Assembly (NCBI GenBank): GCA_963777955.1
Contig: CAVZSQ010000022.1
Span: 928,001-992,000 of the forward strand
Origin: Calditrichia bacterium
Lineage (GTDB): Bacteria > Calditrichota > Calditrichia > JAJRVZ01
DNA: 64,000 bases
Direction of reading: 5' to 3'
The notes under the pieces were generated by a model, which was not told the origin of the DNA, searched no databases, and saw only the letters and a program-made list of their open reading frames with translations. A program made the translations under genes and the position numbers. This document shows positions 23,557-34,181 of the stretch, in pieces (position 1 is the first letter of the stretch; the number at the start of each line of letters is the position of its first letter).

Positions 23557-24081
23557 ATGAAAATTTATCAGGCGTTAACCCTTACATTTCTGTTTATTGT
23601 TCTCACGGCTATGGTGTTAAATCCTGCATCTCAGTTTGGCCAACTCAAAGATGTAACTAAATTGAAGATTGTTGATTATGGAATTTATGAAAAACAGGAA
23701 TTAATGAGACCCAAAGATAAAACCACAGTCGCAGGAGAAGTAAGTGTGGTGAAAAACGAAGTGTTGGTTATACAAACGGATACAATTCCATTGAAAGTCG
23801 GCCAAACATTTGGGTTGAGATATGAAATCGTTACGTCAGAAAAGGGTGAAAAGTTTTATCCCGTCACATATCATGTCAGTTATCCAAGAGAAATGGTGAA
23901 TCCAGAAACTGGAAAAAGGGAGAAAGATTGGACATTCAAGACGCGAAGCATCGGAAACAGCCCGCGTTATACCGGTTTTGGATTCGATGAGGAGTGGGAG
24001 TTACTGGAAGGTGACTGGATTTTCGAAATTACTGTTGGCAAACACGTGGTAAGGCAAAAATTCCATCTCATCAAATCCTGA
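23557..24081 (+). CDS. DUF3859-like secreted protein
   Basis: IVDYGIY, TDTIP..GQTFGLRY, GFDEEWELLEGDWIFEI; GGGAGG RBS. Confidence 0.7.
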   Translation: MKIYQALTLTFLFIVLTAMVLNPASQFGQLKDVTKLKIVDYGIYEKQELMRPKDKTTVAGEVSVVKNEVLVIQTDTIPLKVGQTFGLRYEIVTSEKGEKFYPVTYHVSYPREMVNPETGKREKDWTFKTRSIGNSPRYTGFGFDEEWELLEGDWIFEITVGKHVVRQKFHLIKS

Positions 24082-24263
24082 ATTAAAGACGAAACCAGGG
24101 TAAAGCAGCATAAGATGTTCCATAAAAATATATAGAATATTCACTTGTCACCTGATTATTGCGCTAACCGGCCGTCAGAAGAATCAAGCACCCTGCGCTC
24201 GGGCCTGCTTGGAAAAATTATTTGACACAAATAGTAATGTTTGAAACATTTATTGGTGCAACT

Positions 24264-24605
24264 ATGAAAATAATCTATTCTTCAAACAATCTTCAATATT
24301 GCTTATTTCTTAAGGAGATATTAGAGTCAGAAGGTATTCAATGTATGATCCGGAATGAATATCTCAGTAATTTAGCCGGCGAACTGCCGGTAGAACAGAC
24401 CTGGCCGGAGTTGATTATTCTGGATGATTCTGATATTTTAAAAGCGGAAAAAATACTGGCGGAGAATAAAGCAAGTTTCAATGAAATGCCCTCTTTTTGT
24501 CCAAAATGTGATTCGGAAGAAATTGATCTGGTCAAAGAAGCAAATCTAATAAGACTTACCACGTTTAAATGCAGAAAATGTAATTATACTTGGAATAAAA
24601 GGTAA
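24264..24605 (+). CDS. DUF2007 putative signal-transducing protein with zinc ribbon
   Basis: LESEGIQCMIRNE..LAGELP..WPEL; CPKCDS...CRKC. Confidence 0.75.
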   Translation: MKIIYSSNNLQYCLFLKEILESEGIQCMIRNEYLSNLAGELPVEQTWPELIILDDSDILKAEKILAENKASFNEMPSFCPKCDSEEIDLVKEANLIRLTTFKCRKCNYTWNKR

Positions 24606-24693
24606 AAACTGACTGGATTTTTCTTAATACTTTAAAAATTATTATACAGGTATTTCTGCAGAGTTTAATAATGTTTACATAGAAGGGAAAAGG

Positions 24694-25449
24694 ATGAAAG
24701 TATTAACACTGACTGCAATTCTGGTTATTCTTTTCATTTGTCCCGGCCTGGCACAACAAGCACAAATATATGATAATCGCCCGAAGATAACAGTGAACGG
24801 TGAAGCCGTCGTTCGCGTGAATCCTGACAAAATAGTTGTATCGCTGGGTATCGAGACCTGGGATGCAGATATCATGCTGGCTAAACAGAAAAACAGCAAT
24901 ATTTTAAAGAAGGCCATAGCAGCAATCAAAGAGCTGGGCATTGCGGATAAGGACATCCAGACAGACTACCTATCAGTTGAACCCCGCTACAAGGATGAAT
25001 ACGACAAGGAGCATTTTATCGGCTATTTTGTACGGAATATATTTGCGGTGACCATTTCCGAACCAGGCAAAGTTGAGGAACTGGTCACCAGGATTCTGCA
25101 AACAGGTGTGCAATATATCCACGGTATCGATTTCCAGACAACTGAATTCAAGAAGTATCGTGAAAAGGCCAGGGATCTGGCGCTAAAGGCCGCCAAAGAA
25201 AAGGCGGAAAAAATGGCCGGTGCGCTTGAGCAATCCGTCGGGGCGCCAATTGAGATAAATGAGAACTATAGCGGATCTCCCTGGGGATATTATTCCAGCT
25301 GGTCTGGCTGGGGCTACAACCGCAATTATGGTATGTCGCAGAATGTGCTGCAGGAAGTTCAGGGCGGCGGCAGCGAAATATCGGATACAATTGCCTTGGG
25401 GAAAATCTCCATCCGGGCCAATGTGTCGGTCACCTTTGGATTGAAATAG
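24694..25449 (+). CDS. SIMPL (DUF541) domain protein
   Basis: ITVNGEAVVRVNPD, DIQT, ALKAAKEKAEKMA, I.ANVSVTF. Confidence 0.88.
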   Translation: MKVLTLTAILVILFICPGLAQQAQIYDNRPKITVNGEAVVRVNPDKIVVSLGIETWDADIMLAKQKNSNILKKAIAAIKELGIADKDIQTDYLSVEPRYKDEYDKEHFIGYFVRNIFAVTISEPGKVEELVTRILQTGVQYIHGIDFQTTEFKKYREKARDLALKAAKEKAEKMAGALEQSVGAPIEINENYSGSPWGYYSSWSGWGYNRNYGMSQNVLQEVQGGGSEISDTIALGKISIRANVSVTFGLK

Positions 25450-25708
25450 ATAATTTCCGGAGGGAATGGCCATGCGGACATCGAGCCTGGTCTGGATGTC
25501 CGGAGAATAGAGCAGGCAGGCACGGATTTTATATCTAAAATTCCCCTGACCTTTGACAAAACAGACCACTTGACGCCAGGCTGGTGAATATGCTCAGGTT
25601 TCAAAATAATTTTAAGTTTATTGAAATTGGATATTACTTTGATTTTTATTATAATCATATCATATCATCTATCGCCAGTATCAAAATTAAGATAAGGAGA
25701 ATCAGAAA

Positions 25709-26089
25709 ATGGCAGCTTATGTCGGTTCCATCGAGAGGGCCAGCGAAAAGAATAAATACTTCCGCCAGGTTTTATTCACCGGTGAGCATCTGCAACTCGT
25801 GGTAATGTGTTTGCAACCGAAAGAAGAAATTGGCAATGAAGTGCACTCTGATGTCGACCAGTTCTTTCGCATCGAAGAGGGTGAGGCCCGATTCATCTTT
25901 GAGGAAAAGGAGAAGCATGTGGTCCAGGCCGGCGATGCGGTGGTGGTGCCGGCCGGTACTTTTCATAATGTGATCAACACTTCAGCGACCAAACCGCTGA
26001 AACTATACACCATATACACTCCGCCAAATCATCCGGAGGGGACGGTGCATAAGACCAAAGCCGAAGCGGAATCTGCCGAGCATCACTAA
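25709..26089 (+). CDS. Cupin domain protein
   Basis: FRQVLFTG, IGNEVH..DQFFRIEEG, VPAGTFHNV, LYTIYTPPNH. Confidence 0.9.
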   Translation: MAAYVGSIERASEKNKYFRQVLFTGEHLQLVVMCLQPKEEIGNEVHSDVDQFFRIEEGEARFIFEEKEKHVVQAGDAVVVPAGTFHNVINTSATKPLKLYTIYTPPNHPEGTVHKTKAEAESAEHH

Positions 26090-26196
26090 AGATATCGGGT
26101 TCGGCGCTACCTGCCCCTAAGAACATTATGCGGGAAACAGCATAGGACATATATCCTGCACTGTTTTCCGTGCTGGAAGAATTACCCGCAAAAGCA

Positions 26197-26306
26197 AGAT
26201 TCCCGATTGCCTGCGGTCATACTTGTGTTCTGGAGGTCGGGAATGACACAGCACTGTCATCCCCGCAAAACGTGCGCTTTTTCTGATTATGATACAGGCG
26301 GGGATC
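26197..26306. repeat. Paired GTCAT(C/T)CC-family REP palindromes with long loops
   Basis: agattcccga...tcgggaatgaca then tgtcatccccgc...gcggggatc. Confidence 0.65.
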
Positions 26307-26367
26307 AAAAAATCATGACGTAGGTCTTTAGCACCTGCGAATTTATTCTAAAAAAAAATATGTAATA

Positions 26368-26396
26368 TTGACCTGCGGAATAAATCCTGATATATT
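26368..26396 (+). promoter_or_regulatory. Putative sigma70 promoter
   Basis: TTGACC-17 nt-TATATT upstream of 26547. Confidence 0.5.
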
Positions 26397-26546
26397 ACCC
26401 CCACGAACATCATGCGTACCCCATTTGTGCCCTTATACTTTTGTTTAATAAAAAACCTGGCAAATTTTGGATTCATATCACGCTGTGAATGTACTTTTAG
26501 CAGGCAGCGTTGAAATTAAATACATTTTAAACAATAGGAGAAAAAT

Positions 26547-27428
26547 ATGAGAAAATTTTTATTGTCTTCAATGGCCTTTTACGCACTGTTTTTTATTATG
26601 AGCCACCCATTAAGTGCGCAGATAAATCCAAACGGAGGATTCGAGACCGGAACGCCCGGTGTACATACTGGTACTGAGGTAACCGGCTGGAATTTTCAAC
26701 TGGGTGGTACGGCTGCCGCCACGTTCAGAATAACCGCAGAAGCAGATTCTGTCCATTCAGGCAGCCAGGCCCTGCTGGTTACGGTAACCGCACTGGGCGG
26801 CAACGCCTGGGAACCGCAAGTTTTCAATACGGACTTTCCGGTAGCCTCCAATACCACCTATGCCGTTTCGGCCTGGGCTAAAGTCGACATCGAAGGAGCC
26901 ATGGCCAGTTTTACCATGGGCAGTCTGTCCCCCAATTATTACGAATGGGGCAGACAGGGTAATGTGGAACTGGGTTATGAATGGCAGCAAATCTCTTTTC
27001 AGGTTACTACCCGCGATCCCGAATCAGAGCCGCGGGGTGGTATTCCCATTCATTTCGGTCTGAGCGACAACCAGATTTATCTGCCGATTACATTTTTTCT
27101 GGATGATGTAGAGGTCAGCGTAGTCGGCGGTATGGATGAGGCCGAAGATAATGCTGAGGTACCTGATAAATATTTGCTGGCCCAGAATTATCCCAATCCG
27201 TTCAATCCGCAGACCACGATTGAATTCTCCCTGCCGGTAAGCGGGAACATCCATCTTTTACTTAGCGATATGTTGGGGCGGGTTGTTCAGGAAATAGCCA
27301 GCGGTAGTTACGATGCAGGTACACATCAGGTTACATTAAACCTGTCAAATCTGTCCAGCGGTATCTATTTCTATACATTGGAAGCGGGTTCGTTTATCAG
27401 TACAAAAAAATTGGTGCTGATGAAATAG
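26547..27428 (+). CDS. Secreted CBM4/9-like domain + C-terminal sorting (T9SS/Por-type) domain
   Basis: Signal peptide, NGGFE, HSGSQAL, AWAK, FFLDDV; LAQNYPNPFNP...GIYFY..KKLVLMK. Confidence 0.75.
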   Translation: MRKFLLSSMAFYALFFIMSHPLSAQINPNGGFETGTPGVHTGTEVTGWNFQLGGTAAATFRITAEADSVHSGSQALLVTVTALGGNAWEPQVFNTDFPVASNTTYAVSAWAKVDIEGAMASFTMGSLSPNYYEWGRQGNVELGYEWQQISFQVTTRDPESEPRGGIPIHFGLSDNQIYLPITFFLDDVEVSVVGGMDEAEDNAEVPDKYLLAQNYPNPFNPQTTIEFSLPVSGNIHLLLSDMLGRVVQEIASGSYDAGTHQVTLNLSNLSSGIYFYTLEAGSFISTKKLVLMK

Positions 27429-27438
27429 GATTGTATCT

Positions 27439-27515
27439 GTAGGGACAGGTCGCGACCTGTCCCTACTCTACAACCATTATACAAAGTGTCATCCCGGGCT
27501 TGACCCGGGATGACA
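27439..27515. repeat. Adjacent GTAG-type and GTCATCCC-type REP palindromes
   Basis: gtagggacaggtcgcgacctgtccctac (perfect palindrome) and tgtcatcccgggcttgacccgggatgaca. Confidence 0.85.
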
Positions 27516-27640
27516 ACTTTGGGCTATTGTTTGCATTGTTAATGATATGGGATTAATTTCCTGGATCATTTCCAGTGTTGGAACCGTAGATCTCCAGCAT
27601 GATCGATGTCTATTATTTAGGGAATAAGAGGAGGAATTTC

Positions 27641-28597
27641 ATGAAACGTCGTGAATTCATTAAAACGGCAACGGCCATTCCTATGCTCGGTACTTTACCG
27701 GCGAATCTGACCATGCTTAATAAAGATAAAACTAAGGGTGTACTGGAAAAACGTATTTTGGGTCGCACCGGTGAAAAATTATCCCTGCTTGGATTCGGCG
27801 GTATAGTTGTAATGGACGCCACCTCTGCCCAGGCAGACGAGCGCGTGGCCCGGGCCATTGAATACGGCGTGAACTATTTTGATGTGGCCCCCTCTTACGG
27901 CGATGCTGAAATAAAATTAGGTCCGGCACTGCAACCCTACCGTAAAAACGTTTTTCTGGCCTGCAAAACGCAGGAGCGCTCTAAAGAAGGTGCCCGTAAA
28001 GAATTGGAGCAGTCTTTAAAACATCTGCATACCGATCATCTCGATCTGTATCAATTGCATGCGGTGACCAATCTCGATGAAGTCGATACCATTTTCGCTG
28101 CAGGCGGAGCGCTGGAAACTTTCCAGCAGGCTAAAAAGGATGGCCAGATCAGATATATCGGCTTTTCAGCTCACTCGGTTGAAGCAGCAATGGCGCTGCT
28201 GGATCGCTTCGACTTTGATACCATCCTTTTTCCGCTTAATTTTCGTACCTGGTACGCCGGGAATTTTGGTCCGCAGGTACTGGACAAGGCCAAAGCAAAA
28301 CAGATGGGCATCCTGGCCCTTAAAGCCATGGCCAACGGTCCCTGGCCGGAAAATGCCGAAAATAAAACTCCCAAGTGCTGGTACGAACCATTGCAGGATC
28401 CGGAGCAGGCCTTGCTGGCCTTGCGCTTCACCCTGTCCCTGCCGGTGACGGCAGCACTGCCGCCGGGCAACGAAAATTTATATAAAATGGCGCTTGACCT
28501 GGGATTACGCTTTTCGCCATTGAATGATTTGGAATTGGAGACCATCAAAGAAAAAGCAAAAAACAGGGAACCGCTGTTTAAATATCCTCAGATATGA
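27641..28597 (+). CDS. Aldo/keto reductase with Tat signal
   Basis: MKRREFIK; LGRTG, NYFDVAPSYG, LACKT, DLYQLH, IGFSAH. Confidence 0.9.
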   Translation: MKRREFIKTATAIPMLGTLPANLTMLNKDKTKGVLEKRILGRTGEKLSLLGFGGIVVMDATSAQADERVARAIEYGVNYFDVAPSYGDAEIKLGPALQPYRKNVFLACKTQERSKEGARKELEQSLKHLHTDHLDLYQLHAVTNLDEVDTIFAAGGALETFQQAKKDGQIRYIGFSAHSVEAAMALLDRFDFDTILFPLNFRTWYAGNFGPQVLDKAKAKQMGILALKAMANGPWPENAENKTPKCWYEPLQDPEQALLALRFTLSLPVTAALPPGNENLYKMALDLGLRFSPLNDLELETIKEKAKNREPLFKYPQI

Positions 28598-28668
28598 TTT
28601 TGCGTGTTTGCTGTGTGGTTATTCAGTATTTCGATAAAAAATAGTAATATCAATTTAATAGGAATATG

Positions 28669-28750
28669 TTCCCCCTTAGAAAAGGGGGTAAGGGGGTTGT
28701 TTTATCTAATAAAAAAAACATCCCCCTAATCCCCTTTATTAAGGGGGAAT
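28669..28750. repeat. C-rich/G-rich inverted repeat pair
   Basis: ttcccccttagaaaagggggtaaggggg ... ccccctaatcccctttattaagggggaa. Confidence 0.7.
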
Positions 28751-28867
28751 TAAATCGCTGTCAAAAAGTGCAAAATAAAAATCAAAGCTTACATTTATTC
28801 TAATTAAATAAAATTATAAAGTCAGCGTCTTACTTTATTTTTAAATCTAAACCTGAAGGAAAATGAA

Positions 28868-30790
28868 ATGAGGTCAAAGTACCCTGAAAAATCCGCCTGT
28901 CAATCACTCAGCCGTTGCCGATCATATTTCCGGACCGGATCATTGATTAAGTTGTCTTCTGTCAGTTTTTTCATTTTTTGTATGTTTTTAATTTCATTAC
29001 CTGCAACCGCCCAGCCGTCCGGCGGACCTTATGGTCCGCTGCAGCAAACCTATGATTTGCCGAAGGTGCAGGGCAAAATATATTTTGTTGCTGCCGATGG
29101 GCAACCGGCTGAATCCGGAGAAACACTAAGCAAACCAACCTCACTGGAAGCGGCCATTGAACGGGTCAAAACCGGCGATGCCATAGTGATGCGCGGCGGT
29201 ACCTATCGTACCGGTAACCTGTTGTTGAACCAGGGCATTACCATCCAGCCTTATCAGGACGAACAACCTGTATTGAAAGGCACCCTGGTGGCCAGAGAAT
29301 GGAGAAGGGTGGGGAACGGATTATGGAGCACCCCATGGTCGCATTTTTTCCCATCCCAGCCGGCAGACTGGTGGCAACGGGAAAGGTGGAGCGATATACC
29401 TTTGTACCGTTTCAACAACGATATGGTGTTCGTGGATGGACGGTTTCTGCAGGCAGCCGGCCGGGAAGGTGAAGTGGATGAGAACTCCTATTTCATCAAC
29501 TACGAGGCCGGACTGGTTTACATTGGTGTTGATCCGGCCAATCGCCTGGTGGAAATCACCGCCTTTGATGCCGCGCTGATCAGGACCACCGGGGAATGTC
29601 ATGGTAAAACTTCTGACGGTAAAGGACCGGTAATTCGCGGGATCACTTTCACCCAGTATGCCCACCGGGCCATCGAAATCGAGGGAACCGAACCGGAAGG
29701 TATATCTGCCGAAGTCTGCACATGGTAAAGAAGTGATAGGTGCCGTCTTTGAAAATTGCACTATTTCCTATTGTTCCCGGGTTGCAGCTTTCCTGCGGGG
29801 CGATAAGTTGATCATGCGGCATTGCAGGGTAAGCGATACCAGTACCGAAGGTGTTTACCTGATTGCTTCGAATGATGTTCTGCTTGAAAAAAATATCTTC
29901 ACCCGCAATAATATTGAAAATATTGACGGTTATTTTCCTGCGGCGGTGAAAATTTTCAATCAATGTCACCGCGTCACCTGCCGGGATAACCTGGTCATCG
30001 ATCTGCCCAATTCAAACGGTATCTGGTATGATGTGGGTAATGTCGATGGCGTGTTCATAAACAACTGGGTTCAGGACGTGGGTCGTATCGATCGGGAATT
30101 CCGCAATAACAGTTTGTGGCCCAGCGACAATGGTTTCTTTTTTGAAATCTCCACAGGGGCCATTTGCGCCGGAAATGTATTTGTGAATTGCGATCATGGG
30201 ATATTGGTACTCAACAGTTCCAATGTCCAGATGTACAATAACACGCTGGTCAACAGCATGGCCTGTATCGGGCGTACGGGCCGGGTAGCGGCCGGGGATG
30301 TTTTCGGCTGGCATGCCAGCAGCGGTCCGGATCTGGATAAACGCGATGGTCACATCTTTGTCAACAATCTGCTCAGCGGCGATGAGAATTTTAACAAACC
30401 ATTGCTGATGGTTTGGCAGCCGGCGCCGTTGTGTGAACAACTGAAAAATCCGCAGGTCAGGCAAATCGACAATAACATATATGTGCGCAGCACAATTAAA
30501 GATGTGCCCTTGATGTTATGGAGTCCCGCCGCCAATGAAAACTGCCAGCAGTTTTTTGGATCGCCGCAGGATTTAGCAGCAATTCATTCCGAATTCGAAG
30601 TCACATAGCCGTAATTTTGCCGGTTATGATGGATCGGTGTTCAAAAGCAGCGAGTTAGGCAATTACGAGTTATTGAAGTCGTTTCCTGGCGCGAAGTGCA
30701 GCCGCCGCGGTTCCCGCGGCAATCAGGAAAGTGCTTGGTCAGACTCAAAAGGATCTGCGTTATGTGGGAGCGTATCCGCCGCTGCCCTGA
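28868..30790 (+). CDS. Right-handed parallel beta-helix secreted protein (frameshifts ~29712, ~30600, ~30693)
   Basis: GDAIVMRGGTYR, GIWYDVGN, FFEIS and N-rich repeats; three single-base removals give one ORF ending YVGAYPPLP*. Confidence 0.7.
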
Positions 30791-30813
30791 AACAAATTAA
30801 AGAGGAGGAACAA

Positions 30814-31251
30814 GTGATGATAAAAAGAATATTGCGCTATGGTATAGTGTCGGGTATTATCATGGGCGTAGTTCTTTTTATTGGCGGAGCAATATTTTCA
30901 AGAATTATATATGGTCCTCAATTCGCTCCTCCAGGCAAATTCCAACCCGAACAAATAAATGCATTCTATTTTATCTGGACAAAAATTCTTATTGGTATTT
31001 TCTTCGGAATTTTATTTACATTTTTTTATGAAAAACTTCCTTTAGCAAAAAGATTAAGCAGTCCCTTTCAGGGTCTGCAGTATGGTTTCTGGTTATGGTT
31101 AATCATTACTCTCTGGGATATTTCTCATCCATTTGTTTATGGATCAATAAATAATAAGGATCAGCTATTCTGGTTGTTATACTCATTATGTGGTTTCCTG
31201 GCGTTAGGATTTGCCCTGGGTGCTTTTTATAAGCAAAGAAAATCAGGCTAA
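30814..31251 (+). CDS. Small 4-TM membrane protein
   Basis: GAGGAGG RBS; hydrophobic helices; stop lies in GGCTAAC. Confidence 0.7.
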   Translation: MMIKRILRYGIVSGIIMGVVLFIGGAIFSRIIYGPQFAPPGKFQPEQINAFYFIWTKILIGIFFGILFTFFYEKLPLAKRLSSPFQGLQYGFWLWLIITLWDISHPFVYGSINNKDQLFWLLYSLCGFLALGFALGAFYKQRKSG

Positions 31252-31315
31252 CACTATTTTGCACGGGATGCTGCCGAACGCACTTGCGGTTACCAAATCT
31301 AATAAATCAAGAATA

Positions 31316-32867
31316 ATGTTAAACAATACACTTTCCAAAGATTTACATTATTTCCATCCTTCATTCTCAGTTATACTTGCCTGGTGCATATTATTGAGTG
31401 CCGGGAGTCTTTGGAGTCAGTCAAACGCTGATTCAACAAAAAAATGGGTGGGAACCTGGAGCACGGCACCACAGCTTGTGGAAACAGGAAATATGCCTCC
31501 TGCACCGGGTTTGACCAACAATTCATTGCGACAGGTCGTCCGGGTTTCAATCGGTGGAGACACTCTACGGGTAAGATTCTCCAATGAATTCAGCACAAGC
31601 CCCGTTACAATGAAATCTGTACAAATTGCCGTCTCAACCGGAGGCTGACACCATTAACGTATCCACCAATAAAGAATTGAAATTTAATGGTAACTCCGAG
31701 GTCACCATGAATGCAGGTGTTGCGGTTACTTCAGATCCAATTGCGTTCAATTTGACACCAAGGATGGATATAGCAATCACCATCTACTTTGGCCAAACCT
31801 CTACCACCGTGACCGGCCATCCCGGGTCTCGCACCACTTCCTATTTGTTAGCCGGAAACACGACTACTAGAACCGATTTTACTGGTGCTGTCACGACAGA
31901 TCATTGGTACAACATCAATGCGATTGATGTACTGGCACCGTCATCTGCGGCTTGTGTTGCAATTCTTGGCAACTCCATTACCGATGGACGAGGTTCAACA
32001 ACAAACATGCAAAATCGATGGCCGGATGTATTTTCAGAATCTCTTCTTAAAGATTCAAGTACTCAGCATGTAGGAGTTCTCAATCTGGGTATTGGAGGTA
32101 ATTGCGTGCTTTCAGGCGGTTTAGGCCCCACTGGAGTAAGCCGATATGAGCGAGACATTCTTGATCAACCAGGGATACGTTGGGCTATCATTTTTGAAGG
32201 GGTTAATGATATTGGCGGGGTCAAGACTGCTGATGCTGCAACTACGACTGCCAATAATCTTATTGCTGCCTACAAGCAGATGATTGTTAAAGCTCATACT
32301 AAAAATATCAGGATTTACGGTGGTACCATTCTGCCCTTTAATGGCAATTCTTACTATAATCAATACAGTGAATTATGCCGAAATACCGTTAATCAATGGA
32401 TTCGTACCAGGGGCAATTATGATGGGTTCATTGATTTCGATAAGGTGATGCGAAATCCACAGGATACTACGAGACTTGTGTCATCATATCAGAATGATGG
32501 TCTGCACCCTGATGCCGCAGGGTATAAAATGATGGGTGAATCCATTGATCTGAATTTGTTTACCGATTCTTTGGCGCTCGGGGTAAATTCAATAAAAGAA
32601 ATTGATGGTTATGCCTTAGGACAGAATTATCCAAATCCGTTCAATCCAGCGACGACAATTTCCTTTAGTGTTCCGACTCAATCTTTTGTGTCATTGAAAG
32701 TATTTGATGCTTTGGGCAGGGAAGTGTCGATTCTCCTCTCCGAACGGTTGTCTGCTGGAACGCACTTACAGCAATGGGCCGCGGCAGGTTTGGCCAGCGG
32801 AGTTTACTTCTACCGTTTGCAGGCCGGTTCATTTATCGAGACCAAGAAGCTTATTCTACTTCGATAA
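31316..32867 (+). CDS. SGNH/GDSL hydrolase with C-terminal sorting domain (frameshift ~31646)
   Basis: WVGTW, GNSITDG, GIGGN, EGVND, DGLHP; QNYPNPFNP tail. Confidence 0.88.
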
Positions 32868-32962
32868 TGAGCATCCGCAACCAGCACCACACACAATGGT
32901 GCACAGGCCGCATTGTTTACATTGCCAATATCCAAGGCGTTCAGATTAAAAACATATCATTT

Positions 32963-33052
32963 CAACCGTCCCAATGGGGACGGGATGATTATTTGAAATC
33001 GAAATCCCGGCAATAAATTGCCGGGCTATTTTCGGTTGTCCCTGCGGGACAA
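32963..33052. repeat. REP-like element (GTCCC...GGGAC family)
   Basis: ccgtccc..gggacgg; cccggcaataaattgccggg; gtccctgcgggac. Confidence 0.75.
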
Positions 33053-33085
33053 ATAAGTTATATTTTAATAAATAATAAGTATAAA

Positions 33086-33153
33086 TTCTAACAACAGTGC
33101 CAACCCGATGCCCAGCCGAATGGCTGGTCGCAGTTTATACTTAATCGTTGGCA
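33086..33153 (+). mobile_element. Degenerate integron attC-like site
   Basis: TTCTAAC...GTTGGCA, 68 bp, with a central ccagcc-gaat-ggctgg hairpin and imperfect L boxes. Confidence 0.55.
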
Positions 33154-33197
33154 ACCTCCACGAATAGATTTTAAAAAAGTAATGCCAGGAGTGACTT

Positions 33198-33968
33198 ATG
33201 AAACCATCAAAATCGGAAGTTAATTTGGCATTTGACTACCATGCCATTCGCTTGATGATAGGGCTTATTGCATTGTTATTTCCGTGGATCGTCAGTATTC
33301 TTTCATCTCACATAAATGACTCGATCAGTTGGTCATATCATACTGATGCTCGCAATTTTTTCGTTGGTTTATTATTTGTTATTGGTGCTTTCTTAATGAG
33401 TTACAAGGGACATAAACCTGTACTCGATGAAAAAGATGTCGGAAAATTCTGGAACTCGCTGAGTAGATTCTGGAAAGGGGCGATCAATTTCCGCATATGG
33501 GAAAGAAAACATGAAGAAGATTTGGTTGGGTGGGCGGGAGGAATTGCTGCATGGATCACCGCAGTCTGTCCAACGGCACGTTGCCTCGGAAATGAATGTC
33601 CTGACGATCCAATTTCGTACATCCACTACTTTGGTGCAATCATCTTGTTTTCAACGACTGTATATTTTTGTTTAATTGCTTTTAGTTCTCAGGCAAAAGC
33701 AAAAATAATGATTGATAAAAGAACAAACGGGAAAAGCCAAATTGGCCCGAAACAACTAAGAGTCGGACTCTATTCATTCTGCGGCTGGGGGATTGCAGTG
33801 ATTATGCTGGGTTTAGTTTTTGTGAAGTTTACACAATCTGACACAATAACTAATGTAACATTTTGGGCGGAGGCTTTCGCCTTAGAATTGTTTGGTGTCG
33901 CTTGGCTGATTGCGAGCCAATACCTGCCTTTTTTTACTGATGAAGCGGAACGTCAAAAACTCTTTTAG
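33198..33968 (+). CDS. DUF998-like membrane protein (putative cassette gene)
   Basis: RLMIGLI..SISWSYHT..FVGLL..SYKG, HYFGA, WAE..AL..FG..WL; about 6 TM. Confidence 0.65.
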   Translation: MKPSKSEVNLAFDYHAIRLMIGLIALLFPWIVSILSSHINDSISWSYHTDARNFFVGLLFVIGAFLMSYKGHKPVLDEKDVGKFWNSLSRFWKGAINFRIWERKHEEDLVGWAGGIAAWITAVCPTARCLGNECPDDPISYIHYFGAIILFSTTVYFCLIAFSSQAKAKIMIDKRTNGKSQIGPKQLRVGLYSFCGWGIAVIMLGLVFVKFTQSDTITNVTFWAEAFALELFGVAWLIASQYLPFFTDEAERQKLF

Positions 33969-34031
33969 AACAAGCGACCTTCAAAAGAAATGGTGTGGTG
34001 AACATAATAGAAAGCATGTTGTCTCTTAGTC

Positions 34032-34084
34032 GGTTGCCCAACCCCGCATACAGGCTACGGCGCTCCGCTTAGATGTGGTTCGCA
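34032..34084 (+). mobile_element. Decayed attC-like site closing the 33198 cassette
   Basis: GGTTGCCCAAC (contains RYYYAAC) is complementary, with one bulge, to GTTGGCAACC at 33147; ccgcat/atgtgg arms. Confidence 0.45.
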
Positions 34085-34181
34085 GCTAATACAGGTAAAG
34101 AAATTGGGTAAAGAAACACTTTAAGGCATTTAACCAGGCATTTAACCGTCTGGCCGTCAGATGATGGCAAGGAGAGTAATT

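Noticed and set aside
20457..25515. Shared motif ggctggac..gagaataga after the CPBP and SIMPL genes
   Set aside because: Similarity is too short and gapped to distinguish from chance.
30637..31251. 204-aa ORF as a single protein
   Set aside because: Its first part is the frameshifted tail region of the beta-helix gene; the real gene starts at ~30814 after a GAGGAGG RBS.
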